Origin: Spirochaetia bacterium
GTDB taxonomy: Bacteria > Spirochaetota > Spirochaetia > SP-2023
Length of the DNA: 64,000 nucleotides
Direction: 5' to 3'
Assembly: GCA_965263295.1 (NCBI GenBank)
Contig: OZ253665.1
Coordinates: forward strand, 1,728,001 to 1,792,000
Positions 50,489 to 59,848 of this stretch are shown here, piece by piece (position 1 is the first letter of the stretch; every line of letters begins with the position of its first letter). Position numbers and translations under genes: made by a program. The notes under the pieces are model-generated. The model was given only the letters and a program-made list of their open reading frames with translations. It was not told where the DNA came from and did not search any database.

Positions 50489-52636
50489 TTAATCGCGCTC
50501 GGCCGAACCACGCTTGGCGCGAATGCCATGCCGACCTTTCTGCTCTTTACGATTGCGACTTCTACCCAATCCGCCCTCCTGCTTTCGATGGCCTCCTCGA
50601 TCCCGTCTCTCTCCAGCTCCTCGCTCGCTCCCAGAAAATGACTTCCGGCCTCTTTCTGCGAAGCAGTCTGGCCTAGTTCCCTGGCGCCGACCATCACTTC
50701 GCCTGCGCCCTCGGTCCTGCTGTGCCTTCCGGTGCTCTGCATAATTTGATTTCGGGCGGTCGCCTGGCTCCAATTTTTGCCGGTCTGGCTGACGATTCGC
50801 ACGCTGATTGTCTCGAAGTTTACTGTCCTCTGAATAACCTTGATGTCCGGCGCGCTTAGCTGCACGATGGCAAACCTGTCTATCATTTCTTCGGAAATTC
50901 GCAGGCTTTGGCGCTTGGTTTCCCGTCCAATCTCCCGTCCAATCTCCCGTCCAATCTCCCGTCCAATCGCGGCTATTAGGATTTTCAATCCGAAGGTTTT
51001 CATTTCGAGGATTTCCATCCTGAGGCCGGCGTTGGCGCAGTCCGTTTTTCCTCTTGTAGCGGGCAAGAATGCTAGCCAAAGTTTCGTCGCCAGCCGGTTC
51101 GCGCCCAGTCTGAGCACATATTGGACCCTGCCGCCAGGCTGTACTTACATTGTCACCATTATAACAACTCGCCGCGACACAACTTGAGGAGCCGGCAGGC
51201 TGCAAGGCCCAGCCGCTTCGCAACAGAGCCTGCAGCACATGACCCTGTTCGCGGTATAAATGAGAACATGAAATGCCCCGATCGCCAGCTGCCGTCAAAT
51301 CTTCCAACAACTTGCGCCCTTGAGGTGAGATATATTCAGGACGGGCCGCGGCAGCTTCGGCCTCCGGGCGACTGCGCCGCAGAGCCGGAAACATAGCCTG
51401 CTCTGCCAATAAATAACCATCAACCTTCTGACAGCTAGCCCAAAAAACCTCGTCCACAGTTTCCATATCCAGCTTGCGGCTGCCACAAAGATATGTCAGC
51501 AAGCTCTTGAACAGGGCCGACGGGAGCAAACCATTGAGCTCATCGGCCAAAGCATTAACGGCATAACCACCAAACTGCCTCGCCCGCTGCAAAATATAAT
51601 GACCATATTTCTGAAATAATTCCCGCTTTAAGCGCCAGGCGCCCACTTGTTGCCAGTCCGCTGGCGCCGCAGAATGAGACGGGTAACGACTCTTGTGGCT
51701 CGCGCCCCAGCCGACAAAACTGGCCGCCAGGTCTTCAAGCCCGCCACAAAGGTTCTTTGGGCTATCAATTGATCCTTGCTTCCCGCAAGACAGGGGCAAC
51801 TGCGTCAACAAAAACCTGCGCAGGACAAAACTGCTGTCCACACTACTAACCGGGGCAAACAAAAATATATCCAATTCAGACTCTCGACTTGAGAATGGTC
51901 CTAGATCCTTTTCATTGCCGGCAATAAAACGCAGACCGTAGAGGCTCCGACCTGCTTCATCGCGTTTATTTTGGGGAGGCTGGTTCATGGCAATCAGGCT
52001 ACGCCGATCCAAACTCAGTCGGCCCAATAGCACTTGCTGAAACGGACCAGAGTCAACAGCATCCAAGGTATCCAAGGTATTCAGGGAGAACTGTTCGACA
52101 ATGGCCAGAAAGCCACCGATGCGGCGGCTTTCACCATCGCTTAAAGTGCGCTCTTCCAGCTCGACACGCTGTTCATTGCGGAGGCCCTGCAGATAACGGC
52201 CATGTGCCGTAGAGCAAGGCAGCAAAACATAAAAACTGCGCTCATTAACCAGCCAAACACCCTCGGAGGCAATAAATTGGCCCGCCTCCAGCTGACGCCA
52301 GGCTATGCCTTTTATACTCGCCTGCCACAAGCCTGACAATTCTCCACTCAAAACCGGACGCTTAACCGAGTCTCGCCCTTGATGTATTTGCCGCAGCTCC
52401 CGCAGCAATTGCCGTTGAGCATCCTGCGATTTATTCAGGGCTTGCAGCTTGTTGAGTTGAACCGCCTCGCAAGCGCCGTCGGCAGCGTAGAGATACCAAT
52501 TTCGTAGCGCCGTTATTTCAGTATTGAAAAAGGCAAAATCACTGCAGCCCCCCACCCCGACAGGTTGCAAGAGGAGCAGCGGCTGCTTTTCTCCAGCTCG
52601 ACGCAGATAATAGCGCAAGCGAAAAATACCGGACAT
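50489..52636 (-). CDS. Hypothetical protein with possible SelB-like beta-barrel/winged-helix segments and an Arg/Gly-rich disordered tail
   Basis: 715-aa ORF with GGAGG RBS; family assignment is a weak visual resemblance only. Confidence 0.6.
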   Translation of the reverse strand: MSGIFRLRYYLRRAGEKQPLLLLQPVGVGGCSDFAFFNTEITALRNWYLYAADGACEAVQLNKLQALNKSQDAQRQLLRELRQIHQGRDSVKRPVLSGELSGLWQASIKGIAWRQLEAGQFIASEGVWLVNERSFYVLLPCSTAHGRYLQGLRNEQRVELEERTLSDGESRRIGGFLAIVEQFSLNTLDTLDAVDSGPFQQVLLGRLSLDRRSLIAMNQPPQNKRDEAGRSLYGLRFIAGNEKDLGPFSSRESELDIFLFAPVSSVDSSFVLRRFLLTQLPLSCGKQGSIDSPKNLCGGLEDLAASFVGWGASHKSRYPSHSAAPADWQQVGAWRLKRELFQKYGHYILQRARQFGGYAVNALADELNGLLPSALFKSLLTYLCGSRKLDMETVDEVFWASCQKVDGYLLAEQAMFPALRRSRPEAEAAAARPEYISPQGRKLLEDLTAAGDRGISCSHLYREQGHVLQALLRSGWALQPAGSSSCVAASCYNGDNVSTAWRQGPICAQTGREPAGDETLASILARYKRKNGLRQRRPQDGNPRNENLRIENPNSRDWTGDWTGDWTGDWTGNQAPKPANFRRNDRQVCHRAAKRAGHQGYSEDSKLRDNQRANRQPDRQKLEPGDRPKSNYAEHRKAQQDRGRRRSDGRRQGTRPDCFAERGRKSFSGSERGAGERRDRGGHRKQEGGLGRSRNRKEQKGRHGIRAKRGSAERD
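50921..50968. repeat. Four perfect 12-bp tandem units TCCCGTCCAATC
   Basis: Encodes (DWTG)x4 on the minus strand. Confidence 0.95.
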
Positions 52637-52866
52637 AAATCAAATGCCCTCCATACAGGCAAATACAGGCAGAAGCGAGACTGCCGTCAAGACAGAACAA
52701 GCGCTCAAGAAGTCGAACTTTTAGCTGAGTCGACAGGATGAATGCCCTAAGTGACAGGATTCAACACACGAAATACGAGCTTAATCTCCGTCGAGAACAA
52801 ACAACGAATTGAGATCAAACCAGAATTTAGTCTATAAAGATTTGAAATAAATACAATTACGCGGAG

Positions 52867-53577
52867 TTATTCTGCCCCCTGCATCGGTTCACTGAGCAAG
52901 GCGCGCGCATCGTGGATACCCCACAACCATTGCTCTTTATCGCCAATGATAACGGCTCCTAAAACCGCTTCAGGATAACTAATTATTTGATTTTCTGGCT
53001 CCAAGACATTTTCGGTCTCGTAAATACGCACAACATAGCCACTACGATAATGCTCGGCGACAAGTCTGGCTATTTCCGGTAAATTCGCGTAAGTGTTTTC
53101 AATAATGTCAAATATAGCCTTGGATGGAACTTCCAGACCAAAAGCAATACGGATACCCCGGTAATCCAGGTAATAAACACCGCCCTGGTTGCTGATATAT
53201 TGTGACAAAGGCAACTGTCCCAGGCGCAGCTTCTTCTCTGTCTCCCGGCTGACAAAGACCGCAGTGCTCCAGCCCGCAGGATCTGCGACAGGATAGGAAC
53301 GGTATTGTTGAAAAGCTGAAAGCTCAATTTCAAAGCGCAACTGGCGGTAGGGCGAGCGGCCTAGATTCCCGCCGGTGAAGTCAAGGTAAATTTGCACGGT
53401 GTCACGGCGGCTATTGTCAACCGGATCTTCGGGCCGCGAAATCTGCGCCTCAAGGTTTGCGGCCACTAAAGTAAAACGGCACAATAGCAAGGCAAGAGTG
53501 CCCAAAGCGCCCAAAGTGCCCAAGATGTAAAGTTTTCCACAAATATTTTGCCATATATTTCCGGGCTTACCAAGCAT
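52867..53577 (-). CDS. Hypothetical exported protein
   Basis: N-terminal hydrophobic segment, AGGAG RBS. Confidence 0.7.
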   Translation of the reverse strand: MLGKPGNIWQNICGKLYILGTLGALGTLALLLCRFTLVAANLEAQISRPEDPVDNSRRDTVQIYLDFTGGNLGRSPYRQLRFEIELSAFQQYRSYPVADPAGWSTAVFVSRETEKKLRLGQLPLSQYISNQGGVYYLDYRGIRIAFGLEVPSKAIFDIIENTYANLPEIARLVAEHYRSGYVVRIYETENVLEPENQIISYPEAVLGAVIIGDKEQWLWGIHDARALLSEPMQGAE

Positions 53578-53727
53578 ATTCCACTCCTGCGATATCCAAG
53601 CCTAACCATAATTCATTCGCGAGTTTATTGCAATCGGAGAGGCCATCCTAACAAGTCTGGCAAGCTAGGCCTCAAGCCGTTGACACAAGGCCCCAGCTGC
53701 AAAATCTGACTCAGGTATGGCCGGCCT

Positions 53728-53982
53728 TTATTTTTGGCCCAGATACCGATTAATTTGCCACTTGCGATCGGCCCACTTCATCAAAAGCCGAGAGCTAAAA
53801 AACGAGGCGACAAATGAGAGTATCAAGGGAAGCAATATTATAGAGCTGCCATAATGCTCCAAATAATCATGCAAAAAATACAAAGTCATAAACAGCAAGA
53901 CAACAAAATACAAAATAATAATCATCAGGTTTGCAACTGTAGTCAACAGTAGCAATAATAAGGCCGTTTGCCTGTTCGTCAT
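53728..53982 (-). CDS. Small two-TM membrane protein, probable paralog of 2874..3155
   Basis: 84 aa, two TM segments, WADRKWQINRY tail. Confidence 0.72.
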   Translation of the reverse strand: MTNRQTALLLLLLTTVANLMIIILYFVVLLFMTLYFLHDYLEHYGSSIILLPLILSFVASFFSSRLLMKWADRKWQINRYLGQK

Positions 53983-54004
53983 AGTCTCAACTCCGTTTTG
54001 TCAC

Positions 54005-56368
54005 TTAAAACAAATCTCCACTGGACTTATCCGAATCATCGGCAGGGGCCGATTTCCCGCGGACACCGGACTTCAGGTTCTGTCGATGCCCCGCTCGTTG
54101 TTCCGATGACTCTTTAGGGATCTCGGTCAATTGGGATGCCCCGGATGCCCCGGATGCTCCGGACACTTTGGATATCTTCGGCGCCGGGGCCGCGGGACGA
54201 AAGTCTGGAGCCAACACAGAATCGACAGAATCGGAACTAGCGAGAAGTTCTTCTAGTTCACGCTGCGTGATCGTTTTTATCGAAACCGTTTTCTGCTTGC
54301 GCAACAGCTGGCCGCGCGCCTTGAGGTTTTTTTGCGGCAGGTCGACAAAGCGATAGTGCCACAACTGAGTCTCTTGAGGCTCAGCAGAATTAGGCGCCTC
54401 AGTCGGCTTGCCATTCGCTCCTGCGCCAGCCTGAAACAGCACGGCGAAAGCCGCGGCTTTCGCCGCGGGCTGGGCTAGCATGCCAGGCAACTCAAACAGT
54501 TTCAGCCTCTGTTCTTTGAGTGCAATTTCTTCTTTACTACCCCTATCCGTTTGCAGAAGCTGCCTTTCCAGTTGAGCCAGTTCCGCGCCGAGCTCATTGC
54601 TCTGGGCCACAAAACTCAAGAGCCTGGCCCCCTTGGGAATGATCTCATATTGCTTACCCAATATGTAGCCACCAAAACGGATGCGCTTGGCATAGGCGTA
54701 AAGATTTTCCTCGTCGCGGTAAAATACCGCAGCATCCAACTTAGCCAGTTCATCTTTATCCGCCAGGTGACAAAAAGTTAGGTCTTTACCGACAAATAAT
54801 TTTTCGGGCACATCAAAGACGCTGTAGTTGCCGTTACGGCACAGCGACAGAATGCGATCGTAGGGCGAGCAGGCAAAAAGCTCAATGCCATCCTTGAGAC
54901 CGTAACCTAAAAAACCTTCCTTGCTGTCATAACGCAAAAGCTGGTCGCGCCGGGCCGCCTGCCGCACATCCACCTTGGCAAAACTACTCAATTCCGTTTT
55001 GCGCTCGTAAGTCGAACCAAATTCTTTGAGCAGCCCATCCAGATAATTCAGGGAGTACTTCGTTAAATTGAGCAGGTGCCTTTGTACCTGACGGAGGCGC
55101 TTTTCCATCTCGCGCAGCTCTTTCTGCATCCGCTCAATATCATAAAGCGAAATTCGGCGGATTGGGATACGCAGCAAGTCGGCCAGTTCAGTCTTGGTCA
55201 CCGGCCGCCCCAATGCAGCGCCTTCGGCACAATATGGCTCTAGGCCGGCCAGAATACTTTGTTCAATTTCCTTGAGTTTCTTCAGCCCTTCAATGCGCTC
55301 GTAGAGCTTGTCCTCGATGAAAATGCGCTCCAGATTGCGACTAAAAATATGTTGCCGCAGATCGCGGGCTTCCAGCTCCAATTCGGCGCGCAGAATTTCC
55401 TTGAGGCGCTGACAGGAGTAGCGCACCACCGTGTTGACATCAAGCTCCACCGGACGTTTGTTCTCGTGGTCATCAATAGTCAGCAAGTTGCAGGAAATTG
55501 AGACCTCACAGTCGGTAAACGCATATAAAGCCTCAAGTTGTTCTTCGGCGCTGACGCCGCGCGGCAATTGCAGCACGATTTCGACTTCTTCGGCGGTAAA
55601 ATTTTGAATGGTCTGAACGCGGATGCGATTTTTTTTGACCGCAGCCTCCAGCGAGGCAATCAGTGATTCAGTAGTGACGCCGTAAGGCAGTTCGCGGATA
55701 ACAATCTGCGCGGGGCCACATTCCAGGCGGGCCCGCGACAAAACTTTGCCGCTACCGCAGTTGTATTGCGAAGCGTCGAGCAGCCCGCCGGTGGGAAAGT
55801 CGGGCAACAACTCAAAATCCTGGCCCTTCAGCTCGGCACACATCGCCTGGATGACTTCCTGAAAATTGTGGGGCATAATGCGAGTGGACATGCCCACGGC
55901 AATACCTTCGGCACCGAGTAGCAAGAGGAACGGCAACTTGGCCGGCAAGGCGATGGGCTCGTTGCGACGGCCGTCGTAAGAGGGCAGAAACTCGGTAACT
56001 TCGAGATTGAACAAGGTACGGCGGGCCAGATCGGTCAAGCGGCACTCAATATAACGGGCCGCCGAAGCCGGATCGCCCGTGTAAATGTTGCCGAAGTTAC
56101 CCTGCTTTTCAATGAACAACTCTTTGTTGGCCAGATTGACCAGAGCCCCGTAAATTGAAGCGTCACCGTGGGGATGGTACTGCATGCAGTGCCCCACGAC
56201 GTTGGCCACTTTGTGGAATTTGCCATCGTCCATGTCCCACAAGGACTGCAAAATACGGCGTTGCACGGGCTTGAGGCCATCGGCCAAACTGGGGATGGCT
56301 CGGTCGCGGATCACGTACGAGGCGTATTGGATAAAATGGTCGCAAAACAATTCTTCAATGTAGGCCAT
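54005..56368 (-). CDS. parC: DNA topoisomerase IV subunit A
   Basis: YASYVIRDRAIP, DGLKPVQRRIL, YHPHGD, AARYIE catalytic Tyr; no GyrA-box seen; start moved to ATG 56368. Confidence 0.88.
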   Translation of the reverse strand: MAYIEELFCDHFIQYASYVIRDRAIPSLADGLKPVQRRILQSLWDMDDGKFHKVANVVGHCMQYHPHGDASIYGALVNLANKELFIEKQGNFGNIYTGDPASAARYIECRLTDLARRTLFNLEVTEFLPSYDGRRNEPIALPAKLPFLLLLGAEGIAVGMSTRIMPHNFQEVIQAMCAELKGQDFELLPDFPTGGLLDASQYNCGSGKVLSRARLECGPAQIVIRELPYGVTTESLIASLEAAVKKNRIRVQTIQNFTAEEVEIVLQLPRGVSAEEQLEALYAFTDCEVSISCNLLTIDDHENKRPVELDVNTVVRYSCQRLKEILRAELELEARDLRQHIFSRNLERIFIEDKLYERIEGLKKLKEIEQSILAGLEPYCAEGAALGRPVTKTELADLLRIPIRRISLYDIERMQKELREMEKRLRQVQRHLLNLTKYSLNYLDGLLKEFGSTYERKTELSSFAKVDVRQAARRDQLLRYDSKEGFLGYGLKDGIELFACSPYDRILSLCRNGNYSVFDVPEKLFVGKDLTFCHLADKDELAKLDAAVFYRDEENLYAYAKRIRFGGYILGKQYEIIPKGARLLSFVAQSNELGAELAQLERQLLQTDRGSKEEIALKEQRLKLFELPGMLAQPAAKAAAFAVLFQAGAGANGKPTEAPNSAEPQETQLWHYRFVDLPQKNLKARGQLLRKQKTVSIKTITQRELEELLASSDSVDSVLAPDFRPAAPAPKISKVSGASGASGASQLTEIPKESSEQRAGHRQNLKSGVRGKSAPADDSDKSSGDLF
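54134..54163. repeat. 9-bp tandem repeat GGATGCCCC x3 in the parC tail
   Basis: Encodes SGASGASGAS. Confidence 0.85.
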
Positions 56369-56477
56369 ACGCCACAGACTATAATGGGGCAAGCGGCCAA
56401 TAGCAAGCAAAGGCCCGCAATAGAAAACGGGTACGGCAAATTGCCTTGCGCCTTGCGAGCCAGTAATATAGAGGCTC

Positions 56478-57752
56478 ATGCCACAAGCTTCGCCGGATCC
56501 AAGACTTCCCGCTACCCCTGTCGCCTCGCGCCAGTGGACAATTGTCGGCGGGGGCTTACAAGGTTGCCACTTCGCAACTTTGTTGATCCAGCATTACGGA
56601 TATGCCAACGTGGCCATAATCGACGAGCAACCGCGCCTGCTGCAACGCTGGCTACAACGCAGTGCGGCTTGCCGCATGAAATTCATGCGCTCAACTTCCA
56701 TGCACCACCTGGCGCCTAATCCCGGCGACCTGCTCGACTTTGCCCGACTGCGCGGCTACGGCTCAGAGCACTTTAGCGAGCCCTACCTACGCCCTTCGCT
56801 GACATTATTTAACGCCCACTGCCAAGAAGTTTTACAAAGTTTCCGCCTGGCCGCACTACACCTGCGAGGGCGGATTTACAGTCTGGAACGCAGCCGCGAC
56901 GGCTGGCTGTTGCGCTACGACAGACAGGATGGCAGCACGGCTGAACTGCAAAGTGAAAACGTGATACTCGCCTTGGGAGACCAAGGCGAGTGCTGGGGTG
57001 AATTCCAACCGAACGGGCAGACCTGGCACCTGAGCGCCCCGAACTTTTCTCTCGAAACCGTGCTGGCGCAAGTGCGCAAGCGACGCGAAATAGACAAGCG
57101 ATGCGAAAAAGAATTAGACAATTCAATGCCCGATCAGGCCGCCGACATCTGCCTAGTCGGCGGCGGCATCAGCTCCGCACAGCTGGCCATCTATCTGCTG
57201 GAACAGGGCTTCACAGTACAAATACACAGACGCTATGCTTTGCGAAGCTTCCAGTTCGACAGCGAACCGGGCTGGCTTTTCAAGTACCTGGGCGACTTTC
57301 AAGCTGAAGCGGACTTGCAGAAGCGCTGGCAGATTATCGTAGAGGAACGGCACAAAGGTACCATTCCACCCCGACTCTACGAGCGGCTACTGGAATTTGA
57401 AAGACGGGGGCAACTTATTTTAAAATACCCAGAAGACAATGCAGGTCACTCCGATTCGGCAGCAAACTTGCCGGCGGTTCTAGCCACGGGTTTACACTAC
57501 GAAACTCCGTCCTGGCTCTTGACCCTGGCCCGCGAGTTAGGCTTGCCACTGCTCGATACAGCTGCTGGGCCCAAGCCGGCTTTAAGGCAAAGTCTGGAAT
57601 GGGACAAGCAGAAAGCTGGCGGCCTCTACCTAGCCGGGCGCTTGGGGGAGCTATTCCTGGGCCCGGCAGCAGGTAACATTGCCGGAGCGCGGGTGGCCGC
57701 GCGATATTTGCCCTTGAAAATCAGGCATTCCGCATCATTTTCAGACAAATAA
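56478..57752 (+). CDS. FAD/NAD(P)-binding oxidoreductase
   Basis: Two Rossmann motifs IVGGGLQG and LVGGGISSAQ; C-terminal LGPAAGNIAGAR. Confidence 0.85.
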   Translation: MPQASPDPRLPATPVASRQWTIVGGGLQGCHFATLLIQHYGYANVAIIDEQPRLLQRWLQRSAACRMKFMRSTSMHHLAPNPGDLLDFARLRGYGSEHFSEPYLRPSLTLFNAHCQEVLQSFRLAALHLRGRIYSLERSRDGWLLRYDRQDGSTAELQSENVILALGDQGECWGEFQPNGQTWHLSAPNFSLETVLAQVRKRREIDKRCEKELDNSMPDQAADICLVGGGISSAQLAIYLLEQGFTVQIHRRYALRSFQFDSEPGWLFKYLGDFQAEADLQKRWQIIVEERHKGTIPPRLYERLLEFERRGQLILKYPEDNAGHSDSAANLPAVLATGLHYETPSWLLTLARELGLPLLDTAAGPKPALRQSLEWDKQKAGGLYLAGRLGELFLGPAAGNIAGARVAARYLPLKIRHSASFSDK

Positions 57753-57897
57753 TGCGTTGCGTAAGGACCCAGAATGCACCATGCAACGTGCCATGAAACG
57801 TGCCATGCATTTCCGGGAATCTGCGAATAACTTGTGAATAAACTTAGACATAGCTAAATATTAAAGTGAACAAAGCGCAAGTTAAGAGCAAAATTCC

Positions 57898-57926
57898 TTG
57901 TCGGCCTCTGTATCCCTCCCTATATT
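57898..57926 (+). promoter_or_regulatory. Putative sigma70 promoter of the psp operon
   Basis: TTGTCG-17 bp-TATATT. Confidence 0.45.
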
Positions 57927-57983
57927 AGAAACAAGTCAAGAAATCGAAAAATCAGTCTGACGGTTAAAAATAGGAGATCAATA

Positions 57984-58391
57984 ATGGAAATTAATGTAAG
58001 CACTGCCGGGCAGCAAAAGCTCATCGATTTTCTCGAAGATTGCGATTATCTGGTAGAACAGTTGAGCGATAATATTTTGGCGGTCAAAGCTGTCGGCGGG
58101 CCAAGTATCTATGTCGCTCAAGAGAACATTGGAGAAACAGCTAGCTTGTACTTTGAGCTGAGCCTTGGCCCCGTGGGCAAGCTAGGGGAAAACGCCAACT
58201 TGTTGTATAAGCTACTCAATTTAAACAGCGAGATTGCGCCGGTCAGCGTAGCCATCAACACTGAATGCGCAGAACCGACATTCTGCTTGGTGGAGCGTCT
58301 GTCTGCCGATAACTTGGATAGCAACGAATTGCTGGCCGTACTTGAAGGTCTGGGCTTGGCTTGCCTGCGCCTACAGCAGTTGCTTGATTAA
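57984..58391 (+). CDS. YjfI/CesT-like chaperone-fold protein associated with PspA
   Basis: Small acidic protein with LLYKLLNLN...LVERL...LDSNEL pattern; upstream of pspA as in yjfI-yjfJ operons. Confidence 0.6.
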   Translation: MEINVSTAGQQKLIDFLEDCDYLVEQLSDNILAVKAVGGPSIYVAQENIGETASLYFELSLGPVGKLGENANLLYKLLNLNSEIAPVSVAINTECAEPTFCLVERLSADNLDSNELLAVLEGLGLACLRLQQLLD

Positions 58392-58400
58392 TCGCGAGAA

Positions 58401-58657
58401 ATTTTACAGGAGATTTATTATGTAAATACTTTTACACATGTTTAAAAAATTTAAAGGAGATTCATTGTGGGAATACTTTCACGCATGTTTAAAATTGTTC
58501 AGGCCGAGGCCAATCAGAGGTTGAGCAAAAAAAAACTTTAAGCAGATTTATTAATTTTATAATCAAACTTTTGATTATTCTGATCAAATTTTTAAGGAGA
58601 TTTATTATGGGAATACTTTCACGCATGTTTAAAATTGGCCAGGCCGAGGCCAATCAG
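58401..58657 (+). repeat. Three copies of the pspA RBS and 5' coding end
   Basis: AGGAGATTTATTATG...ATACTTT.AC.CATGTTTAAAA recurs near 58408, 58455 and 58595. Confidence 0.9.
58467..58541 (+). CDS. Putative 24-aa peptide duplicating the PspA N-terminal helix
   Basis: AAGGAG RBS, GTG start, MGILSRMFKIVQAEANQRLSKKKL*. Confidence 0.4.
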   Translation: MGILSRMFKIVQAEANQRLSKKKL

Positions 58658-59284
58658 CTACTCGACAAAATGGAAAAACCAGACAAAATGATTGACCAGG
58701 CAATTCGGGATCGCGAGAAACAAATAGCCGAAGCTCGCGCGGCCATTGTCAAAGTCATTGCCACAGAAAAACAAACTAAAGCCGAGTTGGACCGAGCCCT
58801 GAGGACTAAGGACGATTGGACCCGCAAGGCGGAGCTAGCCCTGCGTGCCGGCAAAGAGGATTTAGCGGCGCAGGCGCTGCAACGCGCCGAAGAATGCGAG
58901 CGCGAAGCCGGGGTATACCAGCCGCAGTGGCAGACTCAGCATGCCGAAAGCGCCAAACTTAAACAGGCCCTGCAAGAAATGGAAAGAGATTTGACATCAC
59001 TCAAGCGCGAGCGCAACCTGATCGTGGCTCAGAGCAAGGCCGCTGAAGTCAAACAAGATATTTACAACGCCAAAGCCAAGGTCGGAAAATCCAACACGGA
59101 TGACTTGATTGAGCGCATGAGGGCAAAAGCCCAGCAGAGCTCTCACGAAGCCGACGCTGCCGGAGAGCTGCTGCAAAACGACGGCGCAAATGCCCTGGAA
59201 AAGGAATTCGCCAACCTTGAACAACAGCAAGTCTCCAGCTCTGTCGCCGAGAAATTGGCAGCCATGAAGGCCCAAATGAACTGA
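58607..59284 (+). CDS. pspA: PspA/IM30-family protein
   Basis: MGILSRMF...EKPDKMIDQAIRD, W..KAELAL.AG.EDLA..AL, coiled-coil, LAAMKA tail. Confidence 0.92.
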   Translation: MGILSRMFKIGQAEANQLLDKMEKPDKMIDQAIRDREKQIAEARAAIVKVIATEKQTKAELDRALRTKDDWTRKAELALRAGKEDLAAQALQRAEECEREAGVYQPQWQTQHAESAKLKQALQEMERDLTSLKRERNLIVAQSKAAEVKQDIYNAKAKVGKSNTDDLIERMRAKAQQSSHEADAAGELLQNDGANALEKEFANLEQQQVSSSVAEKLAAMKAQMN

Positions 59285-59369
59285 TGGCAATTAACCTTTA
59301 AAACTTAAAAAATAAAGCGGAGACGTTTCAAAAACGGCCCCCCTTATTTTAAAAAAGTTTTAAAGGATT

Positions 59370-59840
59370 TTATGCTGAATCCTTACCATTTAGTTCTTCA
59401 AACAGAACCTGTAGTTCCGCAATGGTCTTGGCGTGCCGCATCTTTTGCAGGCGCACTTCATCATCCAGCAATTCGACAACCTGCACGATGGAACTCTCGT
59501 TCTGGGTTTCGGCATCCTTTGCCGCTAAAGTCACCAGAATGTCTACCGGATCATTGTCTGGATCACCAAAATTCACTGGCGTTTTCAGCGTCACGAGGGC
59601 AAAACTGTTTTCCAACACTCCGCCTTCAGGTCGCGCGTGGGGCATGGCAATACCTGGCGCCAGAAGAAAATAAGGACCTAATGTCTCCACATTGTCGACG
59701 ATCGCACGAAAATATTCAGGTTTTACCGTTCCTGCCTTTTCCAATAGATCGGTGCCGAGTCGCACCGCCTCCTGCCAATTGGCCGCCTCGGCCTGTAACA
59801 GAATGGTATTTTTCGACAGTAAATGCTCTGTTAAGTTCAT
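59370..59840 (-). CDS. PTS EIIA component (ascorbate/UlaC-like)
   Basis: GPYFLLAPGIAMPHARPE, VNFGDPDNDPV. Confidence 0.9.
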   Translation of the reverse strand: MNLTEHLLSKNTILLQAEAANWQEAVRLGTDLLEKAGTVKPEYFRAIVDNVETLGPYFLLAPGIAMPHARPEGGVLENSFALVTLKTPVNFGDPDNDPVDILVTLAAKDAETQNESSIVQVVELLDDEVRLQKMRHAKTIAELQVLFEELNGKDSA

Positions 59841-59848
59841 AAGATATC

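Noticed and set aside
50458..51117. 219-aa alternative-frame ORF with IGRE repeats
   Set aside because: It is another reading of the same 12-bp repeat and low-complexity tail; no RBS or family signal.
58401..58657. Repeats considered as a CRISPR array
   Set aside because: The units are copies of the pspA RBS and 5' end, spacing is irregular, and there are no cas genes in the window.
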